A stretch of 64,000 bases of DNA from Eledone cirrhosa (GCA_964016885.1 OZ024741.1:106826001-106890000); one strand, 5' to 3'. Positions 1-14,652 are shown, numbered from the stretch's first letter. Notes: generated from the sequence alone by a model not told the origin. Numbers and translations: made by a program.

Positions 1-929
1 CAACACCTAAAAGACAGCCAAAAAATTCTTCACCAGATTTCTTCACAGGTGACTTAGCCTTTATCCACTCACCAGTGCAGAATTGAATGGGACAAGTAAC
101 GCATTGAGTTCTTGTTATGTGGCTTTACAAAAGAGACTATAATAGCACGGGCAAGAGAAATCTTGCAGTACAGAGACTCAAGAGTCCAGATGGTTGAGTC
201 AGCTTGGAGAAAGGTGAGGGCAAGCAGGAAATCGAGACCAGTGAGATCAAACATTGCAGACTTGGCTAGACAGCCTCTGCACTTTCTCTCTCCCCCTCTC
301 TCTCTCTCTTCATATATATATATGTGTGTGTGTCTGTGTGTGTGTGTATGTATGTATGTATATATAACAAATCAATAAAGCTAAACACATGCACGCACAC
401 ACACACACACAGAATCTCTCACTAGTTCTCTCACTCATAGATACACACTCGGTACACTCTTTCTACACACACACACACACAATGTCTTCTTTCCATTGCT
501 TGAAGCCCAGATGTGGCTGTGAAAGTTTGTTTGAAGCCAATGTTAGCCGGACGTCACAATATCTGTGGCTAACTATGATGAAGTGACTTTTAAAAGGGAG
601 GCAACTGTACAAATTTCTCCCTTCAGTTTAGCTTATTTTGAACAGATTTACAGATGAGAAAAATATGGTACAAGAAAAAGAAAAAATAGCGTCGTTGTTG
701 CCAGAATGCTGCGATTTTACAATCCCTTGTCTCAGTTTTTATCATCATCATAGTCATCTTCCTCTGTCTCTTCCTCAGCCCCCTGCCCCCTCCCCTCCTC
801 CTCGTCGGCATCATCATCATTGTCCTTCTCCTCCTCTTCATCCTCCTCATCGCCGTCATCATCATCATCATCATCTTTCTTCTTCCCTTCTCCACTTCCT
901 CTTCATCCTCCTCTTCCTCATCACCATTA

Positions 930-1000
930 TTATTGTTGTTGTTGTTGTTGTTGTCGTTGTTATTATTGTTATTATTATTATTATTATTGTTATTGTTATT
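930..1000. repeat. (TTG)n/(TTA)n tract abutting the 3' end of the R4/Dong-like element (tail or target)
   Basis: gttgttgtt...attattatt immediately after the 3'UTR on the minus strand. Confidence 0.7.
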
Positions 1001-1074
1001 CCTTGAATCTCAGTCATTGATGTTGGTTAACTGGAAAGTCCGTTGGATTGAATATCAAGCCACTACCTGCAGCC

Positions 1075-4000
1075 TCAGATATTCAGGACGTATCGGAGGG
1101 TTCTTGCCGTTCCAAGCAAGCATGCCTTTTGAAGCGTTCCAAAAAGCGTGAAGGGGCCGATTTTCTTCAACCATCCCTGGAAACCTTTGGAGATAGTCCC
1201 CAGTGCGCCTATGACAATCGGGATCACTTTGACTTCATGGCAGTTCCAAATCCTTTTCACCTCCCACTTTAGGTCCTGGTATCGGTCAATTTTCTCCCTC
1301 TCCTTCTCTTGCACTCTCGTGTCGAACGGGCAGGCCACATCCACAATCAGGCACGATCTTTTTTCTTTGTCCACAACCACCAGGTCAGGTCTATTGTGTT
1401 CCAGTTTTTTGTCCGTCTGTATCCTAAAATCCCACAGCACCTTCACCTGATTGTTCTCCATCACCGCCTCTGGCCTATGCTCATACCATTTCTCAGAATG
1501 TGGTAGATTGTTTACTTTGCACAGGTGCCAGTGGATCACCCTGCCCATCACATCGTGTCTCCAGCCCTTATAGTGGGTCTGGGCTAGGTGTTTACACTCG
1601 GACACAATGTGAGCCACAGTCTCCTCTCTCTCTCCACAGATCCTGCACAGTGGGCTAGCCTCCTCCTTGTAGATATGGTGCTTCAACCACTTCGTTTTGA
1701 GGGCCTGCTCCTGCGCAGCCATTAGCATTCCTTCTGTAGCCTTTTTGAGGTCTCCTCTTCTCAACCAGTTCCATGTCTGTGGATCTCTAAATTCAGTTTT
1801 CTCAAAGAAGGTACTATGAAGGGATTTTCCCTTAAGGCTGCTCTTCCTCCTTGATGTTATTTCCTCCTTGGGTATCCCCTGACCTACTGTCCCCTCCTTC
1901 AGTACAGCTCTGAGCATTGGCTCCTTACTATAGGTCACGTATTTGTATAGGTTGTTTTTCTCCATCTGAACACAGTCCTCTATGCTGATAAGACCTCTTC
2001 CACCCTCAGATCTCCTTAGGTAGAGTCTATCGACATCACTCCTCTTGTGGAACATGTTGTAGATAGTCAATAGCTTCCTAGTCTTCCTATCCATTTCTTT
2101 TTGTTCAGCAACATTCCATCTCAGAATTCCCGCACTGTACCTAATAATAGACACAGCTCGGGAATTTACTGCGCTTATGGCATTTCTGCTGTTCAGATGT
2201 GACTTCAATACGCTCCTTACTCTCCGAATGTATTCAGTTCTTAACAATTCCTTCATTTTTTTGTTCTTTATGCCATCAGCCTCCAGAACGCCCAAATACT
2301 TGTATCCTTCCTCAGAGTCAATTTCCTTTATCATCTCACCTGTTGGTATCTGGATCCCGTTACTTCTGCTCAACCTACCCCTCCTCATCACAATGACTCC
2401 ACATTTACCAATACCAAACTGCATACATATATCACTGCTGAAAATACGGACAGTGTCAACAAGCACATCCAACTCCTTCTCACTTTTCCCGAAGAGCTTA
2501 AGGTCGTCCATGAAGAGGAGGTGATTGATGGTAAGCTCTCCCCTTCCCAACTTGTATCCTGCTCTCACTTTTCGCAGCATAATGGTCAAGGGCATCAGGG
2601 CAAGGACAAACAACAGAGGGGACAGGCTATCTCCCTGGAAGATACCTCTCTTGATCTTCACGCTTCCCAAGGATACTCCAGTTGATGTCAACTCTGTCTC
2701 CCAGGACCCCATACTCCTGCCCAGCAACTGTCTGATGTTATCTGCCACCCTGAAGATCTCCAGGCTTTTGGTGATCCAGGAATGAGGCACCATGTCAAAT
2801 GCCTTTCTGTAGTCTATCCATCCCATGGCAAGATCAGTGTGTCTCCTCCTGCAATTCCCCATTACCATCTTATCAATAAGCAACTGGTCCTTTGTACCAC
2901 GTGACTTCTTTCGGCATCCTTTCTGTTCGTCCGGCAACAAGTTGTTTGTGTGGAGGTGATGGTAGATTTCCTCAGACACAATGCTCGTCAACAGTTTCCA
3001 CATTACGGGCAGACATGTGATAGGTCTATAGTTGGTGACATCATTACCCTTGATTTGGTCTTTCATTATCAGAACTGTGGTACCTTTTGTCAACCACTCT
3101 GGCACCTCACCCGACACCAAGCAGTCATTGAACATGGCCGTCAGCTTCGGGTGGAGGGATGTTAAATGTTTAATCCAATACCCCTGCACACCATCTGGGC
3201 CTGGTGATTTCCAGTTGGTTAGTTTTTTGGCTTGCCCCTTAAGAGTTTCAACTGTGATACTCAAATCAGTCTGTTGCTGTGCCTGCTCACCGATCTCCCT
3301 CTGTACTGTCTCAATCCACCCTGCCTGGGCATTGTGTCTAACATCCTGCTCCCATATTCCTCTCCAGAATGTTTTAGCTTGTTCCGCCCCAGGGATCAAG
3401 TCGGTGCCTCTTTCTTTCCCCTCAAGCTGTCCAAACAGCATCTTCTGGTTGTTGTCGAACATGCGGTTCTGTTTATACTGACTGACTCTGTTCTCGTATC
3501 GCCTGATTTTGGCACTCTTTGCTACAATGCGTTGCTTCAATTCCTCTATGATAATATTTAGCTTTTTACTCCTAGTTTTGTATTTTATTTCCAGTCTATT
3601 TTTAGTGCCTATGTTTTTTAGTGTCCCATTCAGTAGTGACTCAAGCTTTCCTATGTCATTTCTCATTTCCCCGATTTGCCCACTCAGTCGCTTCTTCCAC
3701 CACGGCTCTGCTCTTTCTTGTCTGTTGTTTCCTCTCGCTTTTATACCAAGTAGTTTCCTCACCGTATTTGCTGTTGCTTTGAGGATATTGTTGCACTGGT
3801 GAAGACTCCTCGCCTCAAGGTATGGGATGACTTTGTTTACCTTAGCTGTTGTTTCTTTTAACTTTTTCCTGTCTACAAATCTTAGGTTCATAGGTCTCCC
3901 ACTATCATTGTTCAACTCATCTACCACTAAATTTAGGATGTCAACCGAATCTTGTCCTAGCCCGTCAGCATTCATCTCCTCAGTGGCCGTATCTCTGTTC

Positions 4001-4467
4001 CAGGTATTATTTATCTCAGTATTCAGATCATTGTCTGCTTCGGGTGGTTCCTTCGCTCTCAGGACCTCCTCACCTTCATTTCCCGCCGGCTCGCTTGTCT
4101 GGCATACTACACCCGCCATCTCCAAGCCATTCTCTCTGCTCAGTTCCTCCAGTTCCAGCTCGCTTATCCACCCATTAGTTCTTATTACCCGAGCCTGCCC
4201 GGCCAATTTTTGTTCATCTAATTTAAATAAACCAATCTCGTTCCAGATGTTATGCATCCGTCTCCTGTAGCCCCTCTCCTTGGGGTTACTTTTCAGGTAG
4301 CATTGCATAACAGTTCTATTCAATTCTTTCGTCCAGTTGGTTCTGGCCCCTTTCCTTCTTCTTCTTCCTCCAACATCAGCAGTATTTCGTTGACAGTCAG
4401 GTTCCTGCTGCTGAGCCAGGGGGCACCTGTTGGGTGAGAGTCTGTCACATGACGTTCTAGTCTCCAT
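1075..4467 (-). CDS. Uninterrupted 1130-aa ORF of an R4/Dong-like non-LTR retrotransposon (RT + CCHC zinc knuckle + restriction-like endonuclease)
   Basis: RT motifs KSPGPDG, YRPITCL, WIDYRKAFD, GIFQGDSLSP, LFMDD, YKYLG; C-terminal CRICGEREETVAHIVSEC, RHD, RPDLVVVD..IVDVACP..EKIDRY; short 3'UTR runs into (TAA/CAA)n at about 1000. Confidence 0.93.
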   Translation of the reverse strand: METRTSCDRLSPNRCPLAQQQEPDCQRNTADVGGRRRRKGARTNWTKELNRTVMQCYLKSNPKERGYRRRMHNIWNEIGLFKLDEQKLAGQARVIRTNGWISELELEELSRENGLEMAGVVCQTSEPAGNEGEEVLRAKEPPEADNDLNTEINNTWNRDTATEEMNADGLGQDSVDILNLVVDELNNDSGRPMNLRFVDRKKLKETTAKVNKVIPYLEARSLHQCNNILKATANTVRKLLGIKARGNNRQERAEPWWKKRLSGQIGEMRNDIGKLESLLNGTLKNIGTKNRLEIKYKTRSKKLNIIIEELKQRIVAKSAKIRRYENRVSQYKQNRMFDNNQKMLFGQLEGKERGTDLIPGAEQAKTFWRGIWEQDVRHNAQAGWIETVQREIGEQAQQQTDLSITVETLKGQAKKLTNWKSPGPDGVQGYWIKHLTSLHPKLTAMFNDCLVSGEVPEWLTKGTTVLIMKDQIKGNDVTNYRPITCLPVMWKLLTSIVSEEIYHHLHTNNLLPDEQKGCRKKSRGTKDQLLIDKMVMGNCRRRHTDLAMGWIDYRKAFDMVPHSWITKSLEIFRVADNIRQLLGRSMGSWETELTSTGVSLGSVKIKRGIFQGDSLSPLLFVLALMPLTIMLRKVRAGYKLGRGELTINHLLFMDDLKLFGKSEKELDVLVDTVRIFSSDICMQFGIGKCGVIVMRRGRLSRSNGIQIPTGEMIKEIDSEEGYKYLGVLEADGIKNKKMKELLRTEYIRRVRSVLKSHLNSRNAISAVNSRAVSIIRYSAGILRWNVAEQKEMDRKTRKLLTIYNMFHKRSDVDRLYLRRSEGGRGLISIEDCVQMEKNNLYKYVTYSKEPMLRAVLKEGTVGQGIPKEEITSRRKSSLKGKSLHSTFFEKTEFRDPQTWNWLRRGDLKKATEGMLMAAQEQALKTKWLKHHIYKEEASPLCRICGEREETVAHIVSECKHLAQTHYKGWRHDVMGRVIHWHLCKVNNLPHSEKWYEHRPEAVMENNQVKVLWDFRIQTDKKLEHNRPDLVVVDKEKRSCLIVDVACPFDTRVQEKEREKIDRYQDLKWEVKRIWNCHEVKVIPIVIGALGTISKGFQGWLKKIGPFTLFGTLQKACLLGTARTLRYVLNI

Positions 4468-5036
4468 TTCACCGTTATTCGAACTGTTTATGTTCGATAT
4501 TTAAACACTCTTATCGAGGATTGGCGAATGTATGTTTACATAGCCATCTGTGGATCCGCCATCCCACTTGGCCCTTGTGTGGCATTATCACCACGCTGTA
4601 TACGGACACACATAAACAAACAAACACACGGGCAGAAAGGGCCCCAAAAATGAATAAGCATAAGTTTCATTGTAATGTAGTATTCGAATGTCCGACTTAG
4701 TTTTTGTTTTTTAAGTTTTACTTTTCCCCCCCTCTTCTCTGTCCGTCCGCCTGCTTCTCTCTTCATTCTTATTTTCTTTACGTTTTTGGGGTTTCTTTTT
4801 TTGTTTTTGTTTTTCTCTGTTTTTCTCGTTTTTTACTGTTGTTGCTGTGCTGCTTTTGTTGTTTGTTTTTTCTTTTTTCTTTTGAGTCTATCTATATATT
4901 TTGATGCCTTCCTCTTTGTTAGTAGTAGGAATTCTATAATGTGGAAGTGGTAGCCAGCAGAGACTAGCGGCGTTGGCGATACTGAGACAGTGGTGGCGGT
5001 GATGTCGATACCGAGGCAGCGGTGGCGGTGATGCGA

Positions 5037-5708
5037 CCGTATTACTGTAGTGATGGTGCTGTAGCGGTGGCAGCAGCAGTGAAGGAGTCAGGGGGTGGTG
5101 GCGGCGGTGATGGGACAGCGGTGGCAATGATGGCCGTAGTGAGCGGTGGCGGTGAAGGTGAAAATGCTGTTGTGTTTAGTGTACACAGATGATGGGGTGG
5201 GTGGTGTATCTAGTTTCTGGTGTTGGTGAGTTTCGCTGTCCTATATAGTGTAGCCAGAGGAGAGGAGGGGGGGGGTTCTTCTTCTTCCATTTATAGCCAT
5301 TTTATTTTATTTATTTATTTTTTTTTTTTTTTTTTTTTTTTGGATATACAGTGTACAATACAAAGTTGAATATTTGAATATTTGAGCCGTATTACTGTAG
5401 TGATGGTGCTGTAGCGGTGGCAGCAGCAGTGAAGGAGTCAGGGGGTGGTGGCGGCGGTGATGGGACAGCGGTGGCAATGATGGCCGTAGTGAGCGGTGGC
5501 GGTGAAGGTGAAAATGCTGTTGTGTTTAGTGTACACAGATGATGGGGTGGGCGGTGTATCTAGTTTCTGGTGTTGGTGAGTTTAGCTGTCCTATATAGTG
5601 TAGCCAGAGGAGAGGAGGGGGGGGGGGTTCTTCTTCTTCCATTTATAGCCATTTTTTTTTTTGGATATACAGTGTACAATACAAAGTTGAACATTTGAAT
5701 ATTTGAGC
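5037..5708. repeat. Tandem duplication, about 350-bp period
   Basis: attactgtagtgatgg at 5041 and 5391; copies nearly identical apart from poly-T/poly-G run lengths. Confidence 0.9.
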
Positions 5709-5874
5709 CTTATAACAATATATTTTGGGTCCGAATTTTTTGGGGCTCAAGCCGGGTGCTTTACGTAGCATTTGTACTAAGAGTTGTTATTTCACAAATG
5801 ATTTAAATATGTTAAAAATTCAAAACTTACGGGAGCGATTTCATGACCTCCGTCACCTCGTGCGTCTTCTTCCC

Positions 5875-5927
<53 letters not shown>

Positions 5928-6119
5928 GATGTCGTTGCAATTGTTGTCATTCAAGTTGCTATTGCATATGGTTAGTAATCCTAAGAGTGCTGACGACAAC
6001 AACGACAACAAAAACAAGAAGAATAAAATCACAAAAACAACAACAATATCAAAAACAATAACGAAAACAGGAAGAATAAAAATAACAAAGAAGAATGACG
6101 ACAACATAGACAACAATAA

Positions 6120-9100
6120 CAGCAACAAGATCACCAACAGTAACAACAATATCACCAACAATAACAACACTATCACCAACAATAACAACAATATCATCGA
6201 CAATAACAACAATATCACCGACAATAACAACAATATCAACAACAATAACAACAATATCACCAACAATAACAACAATATCACCGACAATAACAACAATATC
6301 ACCGACAATAACAACAATATCACCGACAATAACAACAATATCACCGACAATAACAACAATACTACCGACAATAACAACAATATCACCAACAATAACAACA
6401 ATATCACCGACAATAACAACAATATCACCAAAAATAACAACAATATCACCGACAATAACAACAATATCACCGACAATAACAACAATATCACCGACAATAA
6501 CAACAATATCACCAACAATAACAACAATATCACCGAAAATAACAACAATATCACCAACAATAACAACAATATCACCGAAAATAACAACAATATCACCGAC
6601 AATAACAACAACATCACCGACAATAACAACAATATCACCAACAATAACAACAATATCACCAACAATAACAACAATATCACCGAAAATAACAACAATATCA
6701 CCAACAATAACAACAATATCACCAACAATAACAACAATATCACCGACAATAACAACAATATCACCAACAATAACAACAATATCACCGAAAATAACAACAA
6801 TATCACCGACAATAACAACAATATCCCCGACAATAACAACAATATCACCGACAATAACAACAATATCACTAACAATAACAACAATATCACCGACAATAAC
6901 AACAACATCACCAACAACAACAACATTATCACCGACAATAACAACAATATCACCGACAATAACAACAATATCACCGACAATAACAACAATATCACCGACA
7001 ATAACAACAATATCACCATCAATAACAACAATATCACCGACAATAACAACAATATCACCAACAATAACAACAATATCACCCTCAATAACAACAATATCAC
7101 CGACAATAACAACAATATCACCAACAATAACAACAATATCACCCTCAATAACAACAATATCACCGACAATAACAACATTATCACCGACAATAACAACAAT
7201 ATCACCAACAATAACAACAATATCACCAACAATAACAACAATATCACCGACAATAACAACAATATCACCAACAATAACAACAATATCACCGACAATAACA
7301 ACAATATTACCGACAATAACAACAAGATCACCGACAATAACAACAATATCACCGACAATAACAACAATACTAGCTACAATAACAACAATATCACCGACAA
7401 TAACAACAATATCACCAACAATAACAACAATATCACCGACAATAACAACAATATCACCGACAATAACAACAATATCACCGACAATAACAACAATATCACC
7501 GACAATAACAACAATATCACCGACAATAACAACAATATCACCGACAATAACAACAATATCACCGACAATAACAACAATATCACCGACAATAACAACAATA
7601 TCACCGACAGTAACAACAATATCACCAACAATAACAACAATATCACCGACAATAACAACAATATCACCAACAATAACAACAATATCACCGACAATAACAA
7701 CAATATTACCGACAATAACAACAAGATCACCGACAATAACAACAATATCACCGACAATAACAACAATACTAGCTACAATAACAACAATATCACCGACAAT
7801 AACAACAATATCACCAACAATAACAACAATATCACCGACAATAACAACAATATCACCGACAATAACAACAATATCACCGACAATAACAACAATATCACCG
7901 ACAATAACAACAATATCACCGACAATAACAACAATATCACCGACAATAACAACAATATCACCGACAATAACAACAATATCACCGACAATAACAACAATAT
8001 CACCGACAGTAACAACAATATCACCAACAATAACAACAATATCACCAACAATAACAACAATATCACCGACAATAACAACAATATCACCAACAATAACAAC
8101 AATATCACCGACAATAACAACAATATCACCGACAATAACAACAATATCACCGACAATAACAACAATATCACCGACAATAACAACAATATCACCGACAGTA
8201 ACAACAATATCACCGACAATAACAACAATATCACCAACAATAACAACAATATCACCGACAATAACAACAATATTACCGACAATAACAACAAGATCACCGA
8301 CAATAACAACAATATCACCGACAATAACAACAATACTAGCTACAATAACAACAATATCACCGACAATAACAACAATATCACCAACAATAACAACATTATC
8401 ACCGACAATAACAACAATATCACCGACAATAACAACAATATCACCGACAATAACAACAATATCACCGACAATAACAACAATATCACCGACAATAACAACA
8501 ATATTACCGACAATAACAACAATATCACCGACAGTAACAACAATATCACCAACAATAACAACAATATCACCGACAATAACAACAATCTCACCAACAATAA
8601 CAACAATATCACCGACAATAACAACAATATCACCGACAATAACAACAATATCACCGACAATAACAACAATACTAACGACAATAACAACAATATCACCAAC
8701 AATAACAACAATATCACCGACAATAACAACAATATCACCGACAATAACAACAATATCGCCGACAATAACAACAATATCACCAACAATAACAACAATATCA
8801 CCGACAATAACAACAATGCTACCGACAATAACAACAATATCACCAACAATAACAACAATATCACCGACAATAACAACAATACTAGCTACAATAACAACAA
8901 TATCACCGACAATAACAACAATATCACTAACAATAACAACAATATCACCGACAATAACAACAATATCACCGACAATAACAACAATATCACCGACAATAAC
9001 AACATCACCGACAATAACAACAATATCACCGACAATAACAACAATATGACCGACAATAACAACAATATCACCGACAATAACAACAATATCACCAACAATA

Positions 9101-11245
9101 ACAACAATATTGCCGGCAATAACAACAATATCACCGACTATAACAACAATATCACCGACAACAACAACAATATCACCGACAATAACAACAATATCACCAA
9201 CAATAACAACAATATCACCGACAATAACAACAATATCACCGACAATAACAACAATATCACCGACAATAACAACAATATCACCGACAATAACAACAATATC
9301 ACCGACAATAACAACAATATCACCAACAATAACAACAATATCACCGACAATAACAACAATATCACCGACAATAACAACAATATCACCGACAATAACAACA
9401 ATATCACCAACAATAACAACAATATCACCGACAATAACAACAATATCACCGACAATAACAACAATATCACCGACAATAACAACAATATCACCGACAATAA
9501 CAACAATATCACCGACAATAACAACAATATCACCGACAATAACAACAATATCACCAACAATAACAATAATATCACCGACAATAACAACAATATCACCGAC
9601 AATAACAACAATATCACCGACAATAACAACAATATCACCAACAATAACAACAATATCACCGACAATAACAACAATATCACCGACAATAACAACAATATCA
9701 CCGACAATAACAACAATATCACCGACAATAACAACAATATCACCGACAATAACAACAATATCACCAACAATAACAACAATATCACCGACAATAACAACAA
9801 TGCTACCGACAATAACAACAATATCACCGACAATAACAACATTATCACCGACAATAACAACAATATCACCGACAATAACAACAATATCACCGACAATAAC
9901 AACAATATCACCGACAATAACAACAATACTACCGACAATAACAACAATATCACCGACAATAACAACAATATCACCGACAATAACAACAATATGACCAACA
10001 ATAACAACAATATCACCGACAATAACAACAATGCTACCGACAATAACAACAATATCACCGACAATAACAACAATATGACCGACAATAACAACAATATCAC
10101 CGACAATAACAACAATATCACTAACAATAACAACAATATCACCGACAATAACAACAATATCACCGACTATAACAACAATATCACCGACAACAACAACAAT
10201 ATCACCGACAATAACAACAATATCACCAACAATAACAACAATATCACCGACAATAACAACAATATCACCGACAATAACAACAATATCACCGACAATAACA
10301 ACATTATCACCGACAATAACAACAATATCACCGACAATAACAACAATATCACCGACAATAACAACATTATCACCGACAATAACAACAATATCACCGACAA
10401 TAACAACAATATCACCGACAATAACAACAATATCACCGACAATAACAACAATACTACCGACAATAACAACAATATCACCGACAATAACAACAATATCACC
10501 GACAATAACAACAATATGACCAACAATAACAACAATATCACCGACAATAACAACAATGCTACCGACAATAACAACAATATCACCGACAATAACAACAATA
10601 TGACCGACAATAACAACAATATCACCGACAATAACAACAATATCACTAACAATAACAACAATATCACCGACAATAACAACAATATCACCGACTATAACAA
10701 CAATATCACCGACAACAACAACAATATCACCGACAATAACAACAATATCACCAACAATAACAACAATATCACCGACAATAACAACAATATCACCGACAAT
10801 AACAACAATATCATCGACAATAACAACAATATCACCAACAATAACAACAATATCACCGACTATAACAACAATATCACCGACAACAACAACAATATCACCG
10901 ACAATAACAACAATATCACCAACAATAACAACAATATCACCGACAATAACAACAATATCACCGACAATAACAACAATATCACCGACAATAACAACAATAT
11001 CACCGACAATAACAACAATATCACCAACAATAACAACAATATCACCGACAATAACAACAATATCACCGACAATAACAACAATATCACCGACAATAACAAC
11101 AATATCACCAACAATAACAACAATATCACCAACAATAACAACAATATCACCGACAATAACAACAATATCACCGACAATAACAACAATATCACCGACAATA
11201 ACAACAATATCACCGACAATAACAACAATATCACCAACAATAACA
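6120..11245. repeat. 21-bp minisatellite (AACAATATCACCGACAATAAC)n, about 240 units
   Basis: Direct reading; generates the spurious NNNNITD (+) and LLLLSVI (-) ORFs. Confidence 0.97.
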
Positions 11246-11549
11246 ATAAGAGGGACAATATCAACAACAAAAATAATATCAACAATAACAACAGCACAAG
11301 AATAATAACAACAACAACATTATGAAGAAGAACAGCAACAACAACAACAACAACAACGGCAGCAGTAACAACAACAGCAACAACAACAACAACAGCAGTA
11401 ACAACAACAGCAACAACAACAACAGCAGCAGTAACATGACCAGCAACAACAACAACAACTTCAGTAACAAGACCAGCAACAACAACAACAACAACAACAG
11501 CAGTAACAAGACCAACAACAACAACAACAACAACAGCAGTAACAAGACC

Positions 11550-11580
<31 letters not shown>

Positions 11581-11702
11581 TCAGTAACAAGACCAGCAAC
11601 AACAACAGCAACAACAGCAGTAACAAGACCAACAACAACAACAGCAACAGCAGTAACAAGACCAGCAACAACAACAACAACAACAACAGCAGTAACAAGA
11701 CG

Positions 11703-11770
<68 letters not shown>

Positions 11771-12716
11771 CGACAACGCCAACGACAACAACAACAACAA
11801 CAACAGCAGTAACAAGACCAGCAACAACAACAACAACAGCAGTAACAAGAACCATAATGCTGCCAACTGTAGTGACAAACACAAAACTAAAACAACGTTG
11901 GAAATGAATTATTGGAGAAAAAAAGAAGGAAATCGGCGGCAAAAGAAAAAACAGTAACAACAACAACAGCAACAACAGCAACAACAAAAACAACAATAAC
12001 AACAAAAACAACAACAACAAATAGAACAACAACAACAACAAATAGAACAACAACACATAGAACAATAACAATAGCAACAACAACAACAAAAACAACAACA
12101 ACAACAAAACAACAACAACAAATAGAACAATAACAACAACAATAACAATAGCAACAACAACAACAAAAACAACAACAACAAAACAACAACAACAAATAGA
12201 ACAATAACAACAACAATAACAATAGCAACAACAACAAAAACAACAACAACAACAACAAAACAACAACAACAAATAGAACAATAACAACAACAATAACAAT
12301 AGCAACAACAACAACAAAAACAACAACAACAACAAAACAACAACAACAAATAGAACAATAACAATAACAATAACAATAGCAACAACAACAACAAAACAAC
12401 AACAACAAATAGAACAATAACAACAACTACAACAACAACAACATCTACAGCAACAAATAGAACAACAAATAGTACAACAACAACAAATAGTACAACAAAT
12501 ACAACAACAGCAAATACAACAACAACAAATACTACAATAACAACTGCATCAACAACAACAACAATAAAATCAATAACAACAACAAAATAACAATAGCGAT
12601 ATCCATAACAACTACTACAAAATCAACAGTTACCGCTTCTACTACTACTACTACCAACAACACCACCAACACCACTACTACTACAACCGGCACCACCAGC
12701 ACTAGAAGCAGCACCG

Positions 12717-12800
<84 letters not shown>

Positions 12801-12859
12801 TTACTACTACTACTACCAACAACACCACTACTATTACAACCGGCACCACCACCACCACC

Positions 12860-12929
<70 letters not shown>

Positions 12930-12930
12930 G
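11246..12930. repeat. Compound (CAA)n/(CAG)n/(CAC)n/(TAC)n microsatellite block
   Basis: Direct reading. Confidence 0.95.
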
Positions 12931-13060
12931 AGTGGAGCTGAAATGGCGTATTCAAGCCGGGGTGCAAGTCGAAATGCCGCAATGGAGTCGACCCCACTAA
13001 AGTCATTCGTGATCCATATGGACCAAGTCTACCACCCGAGTAAACGAAAAAAGGGGCTTG
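12930..13060 (-). mobile_element. Possible extreme 3' remnant of a LINE with (TAG)n tail
   Basis: Minus strand reads ..WGRLHCGISTCTPA* then a short UTR directly followed by (TAG)n. Confidence 0.3.
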
Positions 13061-14409
13061 AACCCATAACGTAAAAAGCCGGAACAAATACTACAAAATA
13101 CATCTTTTGATGTTTTATCAATTCCGCCAATCTACAACCCTTGACTGTTACATTATTTTATCGACCCTACCAAAAGGGCGAAAGGTCAGGCTGACCTCAC
13201 CGGACTATAAACAGAGTACTGAGGGGCGAAACTAATAGAGCAAAGCTTTTTAACATATGCTTCAACCACTCTGTTAATTCGCTGTGAGGAAATTTGGACT
13301 TAGAACGTTAAGAATTATAGATAAATGTCACAAGATATTTTGTTTGACACTCTACCGATTCTGTCAGCGGTTATTTCATTATTAATTTTTATTTTTGTTA
13401 TCACAAAGGGTTTATCCTTCTGCAAATGACCAAAATTTAAAGCACAAGGTTTATAATTATTTGTAACAATGTCATTGAGATATTAGTACTTTATGTATCC
13501 TAGACAGATGACACTCAAGTTACATTCAGCTGAATTTGAGCTTGAAATGCAGATAGACTTAAACTCAAATTCTGTATTTAAATTGTATTAACTGTAATAA
13601 AAGTTTCTCAGATTGACACTGAGCCACGAGAGGGAGGAGTGTCGTCGATTTTATTATGAATCAAGTATTGTTGGAGAACAGCAAAGATGGCTATAAAAAC
13701 CAACAACGAAACAAAAACAAAATCAAGAAATCCAATTAATTGTAAGGTAATACATCAACTACGCCACAGTAAGGAGGGAGAAACAATCACAACAGTTCAG
13801 GAAGTAAAAGTGAACAAAATAACAAATTAAAGTGATCCCTATAAAAGAAAGGATTTTTCAATGAGAATTTCGAACCCAATTACACTTCTGTCCGTCTATG
13901 CCACTGCCAACAAATTTTCAGGATTAAAGCAGTTACAGCACCACAAGCAAATTATAAATCTTCTATAAATGGCTGGCTTAAAAGATATGACAGCTTGATG
14001 GAGGGCTTACTGCACAAAACATAGAGTTTCTCTAAACATGAAACAACAACAACAATAACAAAATAAAAATAAAACATATAATGAATTAGAGAAGTATGTC
14101 AAAGTTGTCGTAAACCTAAAATTAGGCAAATTAACGAAAGCACCGCATGTTAAGGAGATCTTAGAGACAGAAACCAAAGTAATAGAAACAAGAATATCAA
14201 TGTTTATATTATAGAGATAGAAGAAATAAATAATGCAGCATGTTTCTAAATATAAAGATTACATGTGGAGAAAGACAATGTAAAAAAAAACCCTGTAAAA
14301 GAGCCGTTTAGAGAATGAGACTAAAATTATTTTGTACCACCAAATCGTTTTAAGCTTGTCCATCGTGTTTGCATGTTAAAAAAGGTGAAAGCTAAAGTCT
14401 ATTTCAAGT

Positions 14410-14652
14410 CTGGAGGCTCATCAGTCTGGTGCTTACCTCTTACCTTAAGGAACTAAGAGTACAAGACTCCTACTACTGGACAGGACTCCTGTCCATCATA
14501 GGGTTAAACACTCTAGCTCACTGCTGGTACTCAGATTATTAGAGCAACGTGAAAAGAAATATTTTGCTCAAGAACACAAAAGACACAACTCAGTCCAGGA
14601 ATCGTATCCACGATATTATGATTCAACAACCTAACTACTATGCTATGTGCCT
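14410..14652 (-). mobile_element. Degenerate tRNA-headed SINE (related copies near 23551-23760 + and 41210-41430 +)
   Basis: Minus-strand head ggcacatagcatagtagttagg..cgattcctggac followed by gtgttcttgagcaa; similar segments in the other copies. Confidence 0.45.

Noticed and set aside
1-620. Host exon(s) in complex sequence at the window start
   Set aside because: No recognisable domain or consistent splice and frame evidence
4500-4600. HDV-like ribozyme in the 5'UTR of the R4/Dong-like element
   Set aside because: A hairpin (tggcggat/attcgcca) exists but P1/P2/P3 and L3 could not be assigned
5725-11325. 1866-aa Asn-rich ORF as a real gene
   Set aside because: Non-ATG start, passes through a (TTA)n microsatellite and is wholly explained by a 21-bp tandem unit; the opposite strand is similarly open
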